Of a stretch of 64,000 bases of DNA, positions 17,374-25,005 are shown in pieces. The stretch covers positions 35,716 through 99,715 of the forward strand of contig JAYUUS010000124.1 of assembly GCA_043754435.1 (NCBI GenBank), in the 5' to 3' direction. Origin of the DNA: Rhodanobacteraceae bacterium. Its GTDB lineage: Bacteria; Pseudomonadota; Gammaproteobacteria; Xanthomonadales; SZUA-5. Each line of letters starts with the position of its first letter. The first letter of the stretch is position 1. Under the pieces are notes generated by a model. It was not told where the DNA came from, did not search any database, and saw only the letters and a program-made list of their open reading frames with translations. Position numbers and translations under genes: made by a program.

Positions 17374-17504
17374 TTCGTTGATTTTGAGCTGACAAAATCG
17401 CCGGGTCAAGGCCTTGACTTTTGCAGGCAATGCGCGATCCCATAGAAATCGGCGTTTGCTATAAAAAAATATTTTTTCCGCTTTCGTTCATAAGGAAAAT
17501 GCCG

Positions 17505-17526
17505 AATGTAGTGTTATATTATACGG
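17505..17526 (+). promoter_or_regulatory. Candidate Zur box about 110 bp upstream of the ABC transporter operon
   Basis: aatgtagtgttatattatacgg. Its reverse complement ccGTATAATATAACAc matches the right half and centre of the proteobacterial Zur consensus GAAATGTTATAATATAACATTTC. The left half is weak. Confidence 0.3.
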
Positions 17527-17634
17527 ATATGATGCGTCAACTTTGCATCCTGCGTAGTCCACAATGCACATTGCAGAGCCGCAAAACTGGGCACACAAAA
17601 ATCTGCTGTACAGACCTTAAGAGCTTTTAAATAT

Positions 17635-18393
17635 ATGACTGCCGTGGCAATCCAGAACCTTCAGTTTGCATGGCCCAGAACATCGGGAACCCAAGCACAG
17701 ACCAGCCCGGCACCCATTCTCGAAATTGCCAATTTCACTCTGGCAAAGGGTGAAAAATTATTTTTGAAAGGTGCGAGTGGCAGCGGTAAAAGTACGCTGT
17801 TACAGCTGATCGCCGGCGTACTCGTGCCGACGACAGGCGAAATAACCGTGCTGGATCAGCCCATTTCTAGGCTTTCAAGCGGTAAGCGTGATCAATTCCG
17901 CGCCGATCATCTAGGCTTCGTATTTCAACTGTTCAATCTGCTCGGCTTTTTAAATGTCGTCGACAATGTGCTGCTGCCGTGCCAATTTTCCAAGTTGCGT
18001 ACACAACGCGCGTTGACTCAAGGCGCTAGTTTGATAGATGCCGCAACCACGCTATTGACTGCGCTCGGTTTGCCCAGAGCAACGCGCGAACAACCGGTCA
18101 GTCGCTTAAGTGTCGGGCAACAGCAGCGGGTCGCTTTGGCGCGCGCGCTGCTTGGCGCACCGGGTTTGATTATTTGCGATGAACCGACTAGCGCGATTGA
18201 TGTTGAGCACCGCGAACGCTTTATGCAGCTGCTGCTGGCGCAGGTAGAAAAGTCTGGTGCAGCGCTGCTGTTTGTAAGCCATGACCCTAGCTTGGAGCGC
18301 TATTTTGATCGAACCGTGCATTTAGCAGACATCAATCAAGCCAAGCCATTAACCGAAGAGGCCGCACAAAATTTGGCGGGGGCAATTTCATGA
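17635..18393 (+). CDS. ABC transporter ATP-binding protein (MacB/LolD-like)
   Basis: 252 aa with Walker A GASGSGKSTLL, signature LSVGQQQRVALARAL and Walker B LIICDEPTSAID. Confidence 0.9.
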   Translation: MTAVAIQNLQFAWPRTSGTQAQTSPAPILEIANFTLAKGEKLFLKGASGSGKSTLLQLIAGVLVPTTGEITVLDQPISRLSSGKRDQFRADHLGFVFQLFNLLGFLNVVDNVLLPCQFSKLRTQRALTQGASLIDAATTLLTALGLPRATREQPVSRLSVGQQQRVALARALLGAPGLIICDEPTSAIDVEHRERFMQLLLAQVEKSGAALLFVSHDPSLERYFDRTVHLADINQAKPLTEEAAQNLAGAIS

Positions 18394-19685
18394 ACTTGCT
18401 CTCTTTGGCGTTAAAAAGCTTGCGCAATCGCTGGTTCAGTGCGTTTCTGTGCGTGCTCACCATTGGCTTAAGTACCGCACTATTACTTGCTGTTGAGCAT
18501 ATCCGCGCCAGCGCGCGCAGCAGCTTTCAAAGTACGGTCAGCGGCACGGATTTGATTGTGGGTGCGCGCACCGGTGCCGTCCCGCTGATGCTCTACACCG
18601 TATTTCATGTGGGCGAAGCCACGAATAATGTCAGTTGGGCCAGCTATCAGCGCTATGCCAATTTAAGCTCAGTCAGCTGGACGATCCCGATCTCGCTTGG
18701 CGACTCCTACCAAGGCTATCGCGTCGTCGGCACCACGGATGCTCTGTTTCAGCACTATCGTTTTGGCGCCAAACGCGCCCTGGAATTTAGCCAAGGTCAG
18801 GCCTTTAGTAATACCGACGCGCAAGCCGTTGTCGGTGCTGCGGTCGCTGAGAAGCTTGGGTTAAAATTGGGCGCAAAGCTTGCGGTGTCGCATGGGCTAG
18901 GAAATGTCGGCTTCATCAAGCATGAGCATGCGCAGCAGACTCTAATTGGGGTGTTGGCGGCTACGGGCACGCCAATTGACCAATCGGTATTCGTCAATCT
19001 AGCCGCGATTGAGCACATGCATGAAGGTTTTAATGGAAGCGCGCGTTTTGACGGCAGCGCGCGTTTAGCTCCGGCTAGACCCGATGATCACGAGAGCCAT
19101 GAAACCCATGAACCGCACGCCGCTAAACCGCCGAAAGCGATCACCGCGTTTTTCATGGGCTTAAAAGTGCGCCCGATGGCGTTGGCCTTGCAGCGCAAAA
19201 TTAACGATGACGAATCTGAGCCACTGCTGGCTATTTTACCGACAGCGACCCTACAGCAGCTTTGGCAGCTCGTGGGTGTCGCCGAGCAAGCGCTGGGCTT
19301 AGTATCCATTGCCGTCGTCGCCACCGGCCTGCTCGGCATGATGATGGCGCTGATCGCGACTTTAGAGCAGCGTCGCCGGGAAATGGCAATTCTGCGCTCC
19401 GTGGGCGCACGCGGGCATCAGATTTTTTCGCTTTTACTGCTGGAAAGTGCGGCGCTGACCGCCGCTGGACTGGCCTTGGGCGCGGTACTCATATCTATTT
19501 TGCTAGCGCTTTTTGCAAATCAACTGGCGAGCCGCTATGGGCTGTTTTTAAGCGCCAATTGGCTCAGCGCTCGCACCCTATTTGGCCTAGGACTGATCTT
19601 TTTGACAAGCGTGGTGTTAGCGATTTTGCCTGCGGCTGCGGCTTATCGAAGTGCGTTGGCAGATGGGCTGTCGGTGAAGCTTTGA
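18390..19685 (+). CDS. ABC transporter permease, FtsX-like (MacB-type periplasmic domain) with a His-rich loop
   Basis: 431 aa, with a 4-bp overlap with the ATPase gene. It has an N-terminal TM, a large periplasmic domain and a C-terminal FtsX 3-TM bundle (...REMAILRSVGAR...). The His-rich stretch DDHESHETHEPH is encoded at about 19084-19120. Confidence 0.85.
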   Translation: MNLLSLALKSLRNRWFSAFLCVLTIGLSTALLLAVEHIRASARSSFQSTVSGTDLIVGARTGAVPLMLYTVFHVGEATNNVSWASYQRYANLSSVSWTIPISLGDSYQGYRVVGTTDALFQHYRFGAKRALEFSQGQAFSNTDAQAVVGAAVAEKLGLKLGAKLAVSHGLGNVGFIKHEHAQQTLIGVLAATGTPIDQSVFVNLAAIEHMHEGFNGSARFDGSARLAPARPDDHESHETHEPHAAKPPKAITAFFMGLKVRPMALALQRKINDDESEPLLAILPTATLQQLWQLVGVAEQALGLVSIAVVATGLLGMMMALIATLEQRRREMAILRSVGARGHQIFSLLLLESAALTAAGLALGAVLISILLALFANQLASRYGLFLSANWLSARTLFGLGLIFLTSVVLAILPAAAAYRSALADGLSVKL

Positions 19686-19766
19686 GGCGTTGATGGATCG
19701 TTAACCGCAATGTTGACTAAGCCATATGACTAAGCCAACATTGCTCGGCAGACTTGGAGAACCCTA

Positions 19767-19994
19767 ATGATTAACGTGCACGAAGCGAAAACCAATTTTT
19801 CAAAACTGCTTGACCAAGCGCACGCAGGACAAGAAATTATTTTATCAAAAGCTGGGAAGCCTTATGCACGTCTAGTACCACTGGTATCTGAAGCGCAATC
19901 CCGGATTCCAGGACTCTTACCGGAAATTGATACTTCGGCCTTTTTTGAACCGTTGCCAGAATCTGAGCTTTCTTTGTGGGAAGGCACAGCATGA
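19767..19994 (+). CDS. Phd/YefM-family antitoxin
   Basis: 75 aa. MINVHEAKTNFSKLLDQAHAGQEIILSKAGKPYARLVPL is the classic Phd/YefM N-terminus. RBS GGAGA is present, and the stop overlaps the toxin ATG (ATGA). Confidence 0.85.
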   Translation: MINVHEAKTNFSKLLDQAHAGQEIILSKAGKPYARLVPLVSEAQSRIPGLLPEIDTSAFFEPLPESELSLWEGTA

Positions 19995-20377
19995 AGGTTT
20001 TGCTCGATACCCATACGCTACTCTGGTGGTACGCAAATGACCCACGTTTATCCGTATATGTAAGCGATATAATCCGCACGAAGTCAACTGAAGTCCTCGT
20101 CAGTGCTGCAAGCGCTTGGGAAATTGCGACCAAAGCGAGGGTCGGCAAGCTCTCCGGCGTAGAACGTTTAACTTCCGAATTTGACACGCTAATTTTGCAG
20201 GGCGGGTTTAAACATCTAGCAATAACAAATCGCCACGCCCTACTTGCGGGAAGCTTTGTTCATGTGCATCGCGATCCATTTGATCGAATGCTTGCTGCGC
20301 AGGGGTTAATTGAAAATGCTTTATTGCTCAGTAACGACCGCGAATTAAAAGCATTTGGCGCACAAGTCGCTTGGTAA
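19991..20377 (+). CDS. vapC: PIN-domain toxin (VapC family)
   Basis: Starts at ATG 19991 (MKVLLDTHTLLWW...). The sequences ...SAASAWEIATK... and ...HRDPFDRMLAAQ are typical of this PIN subfamily. Confidence 0.85.
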   Translation: MKVLLDTHTLLWWYANDPRLSVYVSDIIRTKSTEVLVSAASAWEIATKARVGKLSGVERLTSEFDTLILQGGFKHLAITNRHALLAGSFVHVHRDPFDRMLAAQGLIENALLLSNDRELKAFGAQVAW

Positions 20378-20389
20378 GATTTTTCCCAC

Positions 20390-21193
20390 GTGCACAACAT
20401 TCAAACTGCCGCCCTTGAAGCCCTCTGCGCCCGCGATTCCGCTGAAAAAGTTCGCCTGAGCAGCCTGCATGCGAAAAATATCCAAGCTGGCGTTTATGCT
20501 TACACACATCCAGACACGCCATCACCTATGGATATTCCTGGCCGCCCGGACCGGCCGCTCTTGGTTGAGCCAAAATTTCTGGAGCAGCGCAAGCTTGGCA
20601 ATGTCGAAGGGCGCGCGGTGCTGCTGCACGCGGTTGCGCATATCGAGTTCAACGCGATCAACTTGGCCTGGGATGCAGCGTATCGGTTTCCAAACATGCC
20701 AGCGGCGTTCTACACCGATTGGGCCAGCGTAGCCGCCGATGAAGCGCGCCATTTCACCTTGCTCAATGACCGCTTGCTTGAACTGGGCTATCAATACGGC
20801 GATTTTCCCGCGCACAACGGCCTGTGGGAGATGGCGCGCAGAACGCGCGGGGATTTATTGACGCGCATGGCGCTGGTGCCGCGCTTACTCGAAGCGCGTG
20901 GCTTAGACGTAACGCCGGGCATTATCTACAAGCTTAAGCATGTCGGGGATACGCGCGCGGTGGAAATTTTGCAGCTGATTTTAAGTGAAGAAATTGGCCA
21001 TGTAGAAATTGGCAGCCGCTGGTTTGCTTACGCCTGCGCGCAGGCGGACAAGCCGGTCGCGGAGACGTTTTTGGCGCTTTTGCGCAGCCATGCCAGCGGC
21101 ATGGTGCGCGGGCCATTCAATCGGCCCGCGCGGCTGGCCGCTGGGTTTTCGCCACAAGAAGTGGATGCGTTAGAGCGCTTTCATGCTGATTGA
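20390..21193 (+). CDS. DUF455 family ferritin-like protein
   Basis: 267 aa from a GTG start. It has ...HAVAHIEFNAINLAWDA..., ...DEARHF.LL... and ...EEIGHVEIGSRWF... (di-iron ExxH-like motifs typical of DUF455). Confidence 0.7.
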   Translation: MHNIQTAALEALCARDSAEKVRLSSLHAKNIQAGVYAYTHPDTPSPMDIPGRPDRPLLVEPKFLEQRKLGNVEGRAVLLHAVAHIEFNAINLAWDAAYRFPNMPAAFYTDWASVAADEARHFTLLNDRLLELGYQYGDFPAHNGLWEMARRTRGDLLTRMALVPRLLEARGLDVTPGIIYKLKHVGDTRAVEILQLILSEEIGHVEIGSRWFAYACAQADKPVAETFLALLRSHASGMVRGPFNRPARLAAGFSPQEVDALERFHAD

Positions 21194-21296
21194 TTTGTGT
21201 TAACCCTTCGCCAGCCGTGTTGCGAGACCAATCGAATTTTGTAAAGTCAGCGTGCACGTGCGACCATCATTTGACGATTACGTTGAGACTTTGCTG

Positions 21297-22634
21297 ATGA
21301 GCGAATTTGGAACCCCTTCAATAACGCTCCAAACGGACGCCGCGCCAGTTCGCATTGCGCAGCTTCGCGTGCACGAAGTTGGGCCTTTTGTGGACTTCTC
21401 GCTGGATTTTCCAGCTAGCTCGGATAATGACTTGGCCGAGGTGCATATTTTTACCGGGCCAAATGGCAGCGGTAAATCAACGCTGCTCGCAGCAATATCT
21501 GCGCTTTTTGCCAGTTGGCCAATCGGCGCCAAGGAGCTTGAACGATTATCACGTTCTGATTTTGCCTCAATCACGGTAAAAATTGACGCGAACGGGGGCA
21601 ACCTCCGATTGGGGCTTCCAAGCAAAATCGCGGATGAAAACATTTTAGTAAAGGACAGGATAGCAATTTCGCTGCCGCCGGACTCCTGGGTAAAAACTAC
21701 ATTATTTCAGTTGCTCAACGAGAAACGTAGTGGGCAACACAATCACCTAGCTTTCGGTGTACTAACTTACTCTGCAGCAAAGCAATTTCGCTCCGGAATT
21801 ATTGAGTCATATGACGCGCCCTCGGCGGAATTAAGTCGGCGCACCGCGTCCGTTTTCGGCCGCGAGCCGAATGATTCGGCAGTGCAGTGGCTGGCGAATA
21901 CCTTGACCAATATTTCGCTTGCTAAAACTGATGGTGATAGCGCTGCTGCCGCGACCTACGAAGCCAGTATTAACGAGATTTGTCAGGCGGTATCGCTTGT
22001 GGTGGGAGCGTCGTTTTCCTTAAAACTTAATCGAAGACCGCTAGAAGTCATGGCAGTTTGGGCCGGGCAAAGCATTCCTGTGGCACAGTTGCCAGATGGC
22101 TTGAAATCAGTGCTGAGTTTACTTGCTGACATTTCAATGCGGCTAGATGCGATGAATTGGGAACATCCTGAAGCTATCTCTAAGCGCCCATTCGTGCTGC
22201 TCTTAGACGAAATCGACGTGCATTTGCACCCCAAATGGCAGCGTCAAATTGTTTCAGTTTTACAGCGCAGCTTTCCCAATGCGCAGATTTTTGTTTCAAC
22301 GCACAGCCCATTTGTGGTCGCGTCCGTGAACGATGCGTGGGTCTATTCCCTGGATCCGAGCAAAAACCAAGCCATTGCTGAGAAATCTGGTGCGGGCCAA
22401 AGTTTGTTGACGGTGATCCAAGATGTGTTTGACATCGACGAGCAGTTTGATCCGGAAACTGAGGCTCTTTTCGACAAATTTTATGCTGAGCGAAACCTTG
22501 CGATGCGAACCAAACAAGTCGAACGGCTGAAGGTTTTGGGCGCGCAGTTGAGTGATCGGGGCGCGGAAGTCGATGACATTGTCAATTCGGAAATTCATCA
22601 AGTGGAACGCAAAATTGCCATGCCTGCGAACTGA
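21297..22634 (+). CDS. AAA/ABC-type ATPase, PtuA-like (Septu-type defence ATPase candidate)
   Basis: Walker A GPNGSGKS (nt 21456-21479), Walker B-like FVLLLDEIDVHLHPKWQ and STHSPFV are present. There is no TM segment and no ABC transporter partner. The start is ambiguous: ATG 21297 or GTG 21252. Confidence 0.7.
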   Translation: MSEFGTPSITLQTDAAPVRIAQLRVHEVGPFVDFSLDFPASSDNDLAEVHIFTGPNGSGKSTLLAAISALFASWPIGAKELERLSRSDFASITVKIDANGGNLRLGLPSKIADENILVKDRIAISLPPDSWVKTTLFQLLNEKRSGQHNHLAFGVLTYSAAKQFRSGIIESYDAPSAELSRRTASVFGREPNDSAVQWLANTLTNISLAKTDGDSAAAATYEASINEICQAVSLVVGASFSLKLNRRPLEVMAVWAGQSIPVAQLPDGLKSVLSLLADISMRLDAMNWEHPEAISKRPFVLLLDEIDVHLHPKWQRQIVSVLQRSFPNAQIFVSTHSPFVVASVNDAWVYSLDPSKNQAIAEKSGAGQSLLTVIQDVFDIDEQFDPETEALFDKFYAERNLAMRTKQVERLKVLGAQLSDRGAEVDDIVNSEIHQVERKIAMPAN

Positions 22635-22677
22635 TGCGTATGGTTTTGTTTGGACTAAAAACAGAAACTTCGCTGAC

Positions 22678-23238
22678 ATGATGCCCTTTGTCCGCAGTGA
22701 AGCGCCTGATTGCTTGACTGTGATTGCTCCCAGCACTTGGCCGCTGGGCAAAGAGTGTGATCGCGAAACAAGAAAGCGACTATTTGAAGCATCTGGAGAT
22801 CGCTGCGCGTTCTGCGATGGTTTAATGAAAATAACGAGCAAAGCAACTGTCGAACATTTTCGGCCAAAATCCAAATTTCCAAGTCTAAAAGCAGTGTGGA
22901 GCAATCTTTTTCCCTGCTGTGACCAGTGCCAGTCGGCAAAATTAGAAAAGTTTGACGAAGCGCTGTTGAAACCGGATGAAGCGAGTTACAGCTTTCTGAA
23001 ATATTTCGTTTGTAACTTTCGCAGCGGCGAAATAGAAATCGATCCAAACAGCGCGCCGGACGAACAAATACGGGCCGCTATCACAATACAAATCTATAGC
23101 CTCAATGCCACTCCACGGTGCAATGCAAGACGCAAAGAACGCCGTCATTGGCTTGCGGAAGTGTCGCAATTCGGCCAAGGCAGCGTGGAGCTCACGGACC
23201 TAGACGACTGGCAATTTCGCTTCTTTTTGCAACGGTGA
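22678..23238 (+). CDS. HNH-type nuclease, TIGR02646/PtuB-like
   Basis: The 186 aa begin MMPFVRSEAPDCL....W. The motif CAFCDG...(S)KATVEHFRPKSKFP...WSNLFPCCDQCQSAK matches the CxxC...EHfxPks...WxNL...CxxCNxxK pattern of the family. Confidence 0.7.
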   Translation: MMPFVRSEAPDCLTVIAPSTWPLGKECDRETRKRLFEASGDRCAFCDGLMKITSKATVEHFRPKSKFPSLKAVWSNLFPCCDQCQSAKLEKFDEALLKPDEASYSFLKYFVCNFRSGEIEIDPNSAPDEQIRAAITIQIYSLNATPRCNARRKERRHWLAEVSQFGQGSVELTDLDDWQFRFFLQR

Positions 23239-23437
23239 AATCACCGGGTCTGGATTCGCCTTTAAAACCGAACAAGTTGGTGTTCATTTCTGAGATGTCA
23301 ACGCGCACGAGTAAACATGCTGGTGTGCCGCTGGGGCATCCACGCAATGGCATACAAAGTGCTTACTCACAAAATATCGACCAAATTGGGCCGTATTCGG
23401 CCTGGGGGTCGTAACGCAACGTGATTAAGATGTTCAA

Positions 23438-24611
23438 ATGAATGCGATCGCCGCTGATTTCAAACGCGCCTGGCGCGCCCTGACGCGCTCACCCAGCTAC
23501 GCGCTGATGGCGATGCTGGTTTTTGCGATTGGCATTGGTGCCACCATGACGCTGTTTGGCGTGGTCAAAGCGGTCGTGCTGAACCCCCTGTCCTATCCTG
23601 AGCAAGATCAGCTAATCCAAATTCGCGAATCAAGCCTGCCTGATTTCCCAAAATTTTCCATGGCACCTGGGAAGTTCATGATCTGGCAAAAGCAAAGCAC
23701 GGCGTTCAAGGCTATGGGGATGTATCAAGCGCTGAGTTTTAATTTGACCGGGCGCGACCAGCCGCAACGCCTGAATACGCTCGCGGTGACGGACGGCTAC
23801 TTCGATACCCTGGGCGCGCCGTTGGCATCGGGCCGAGGTTTCGCGGCGGCTGACTTGGCGAATCAGGCGGATTCTGTGGTGCTCAGTTACGCGACCTGGA
23901 TGGCGCTGTTTGCCGGTGATCGCAATGCCATCGGGCAGAACATCACATAGAATGACCGTAGCTACAGCATTATCGGCGTGACTTCCGAACAAGTGCTCTC
24001 GAAAGCCAAGCTGTATACGCTTTGGCGCGTGGGGGCCGAGGAAGCGAATGAAATCGGCGGCCATTACGTCGGCGTCATTGGGCGGCTGAAGGCGGGGAAG
24101 ACCGAGGCCGAGGCCAATAGCGAACTCAATCGCATCGCCGAACAGATGAAAAAGCAATATGACGACGCGCGTGGTGACGACTTCGCTTGCCAAAGATGCG
24201 CTGGGTGCGGCGAACGATCAGCTTTCGTTGCTGATGGTTGGTGCGCTGCTGGTGCTGGTGATTGCTCCTTGCTGGCCTCGGTTTGTACGGCACGATCGCT
24301 TATAGCGTCACCCAAGCCAGCAAAGAAATCGGTGTGCGCTTGGCGATGTGCGCCAGCCAAAATACGGTGCTGCAGGCGGTATTGCGACAGGGTTTGACGC
24401 TTGCTGGCATGGTGCAGTGATCGGCATTGGCATTGCACTGATTAGCGCACGCGTGCTTAAAGGCTTTGTGTTTGGCATCAGCACGCGCGACCCGTTGACC
24501 TATGTCGTGATCGCCAGCACCATAATGTTGGTCGCCCTTGTGGCGGCTGCGTTGCCCGCTTGGCGCGCCACGCGGGTGAGTCCGATAGTGGCGTTACGGG
24601 CGAATGATTGA
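23438..24611 (+). pseudogene. Decayed ADOP-type (FtsX-family, duplicated) ABC permease gene
   Basis: The N-terminus MNAIAADFKRAWRALTRSPSYALMAMLVFAIGIGA is typical. An in-frame TAG lies at 23948-23950. Frame changes occur near 24180 and 24415. The first FtsX TM (SLAKDALGAANDQLSLLMVGALLVLVIA) is fused directly to the last FtsX module (LAGLGLYGTIAYSVTQASKEIGVRLA...VSPIVALRAND). This implies loss of several hundred codons relative to the roughly 800-aa family norm. Confidence 0.75.
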
Positions 24612-24639
24612 GTACCGTGGCCTAGTAAAATCTTAAACG

Positions 24640-24972
24640 CTAAACACGCGCCCGATCATTCGGCGTGATATGCGCCAGCGAACCATCGCCATAGGAACGT
24701 ATCACTTCGGATATGACGATGTGATAGCCCTCGTACCACTTCGCATACTGCCGCTTTGCCTCCTGATGCGCTAGATGTGTAGCAAACGCTTTTAGGGCAT
24801 CCAAGTCACGCCAATAATAAGTCGCGTTTCTGCGGTCATTATTCGTGGCTTGCCAGGATTCGGTACCTAGAAATCCAGGCAGCGATTTTGCGACCGCGTC
24901 GATAATCGCGTTGAGGCGATGAAACTCATCATCGTATTGACCTAGCGTGTAGATGAAGCTGGCAATGAACAT
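24640..24972 (-). CDS. ABM (antibiotic biosynthesis monooxygenase-like) domain protein
   Basis: 110 aa. ...GFLGTESWQATNNDRRNATYYWRDLDALKAFATHLAHQEA... has a ferredoxin-like ABM pattern. It lies 33 nt downstream of the RND gene. Confidence 0.55.
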   Translation of the reverse strand: MFIASFIYTLGQYDDEFHRLNAIIDAVAKSLPGFLGTESWQATNNDRRNATYYWRDLDALKAFATHLAHQEAKRQYAKWYEGYHIVISEVIRSYGDGSLAHITPNDRARV

Positions 24973-25005
24973 CGGTGACCTGGGATTGTTGGCAAAAAGT
25001 TGAAC

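Noticed and set aside
17098-17630. Track ORFs 17098..17307(+) and 17421..17630(+) in the nrdJa/ABC intergenic region.
   Set aside because: They have no RBS, an odd composition and no motifs. The region is better explained as two divergent promoter/leader regions carrying the NrdR and Zur candidates.
21194-23437. Retron components (reverse transcriptase, msr/msd RNA) or other partners next to the PtuA/PtuB-like pair.
   Set aside because: There is no RT-like ORF in any frame, and no extended structured non-coding region flanks the pair. The only extra element is the 15-codon bridging mini-ORF.
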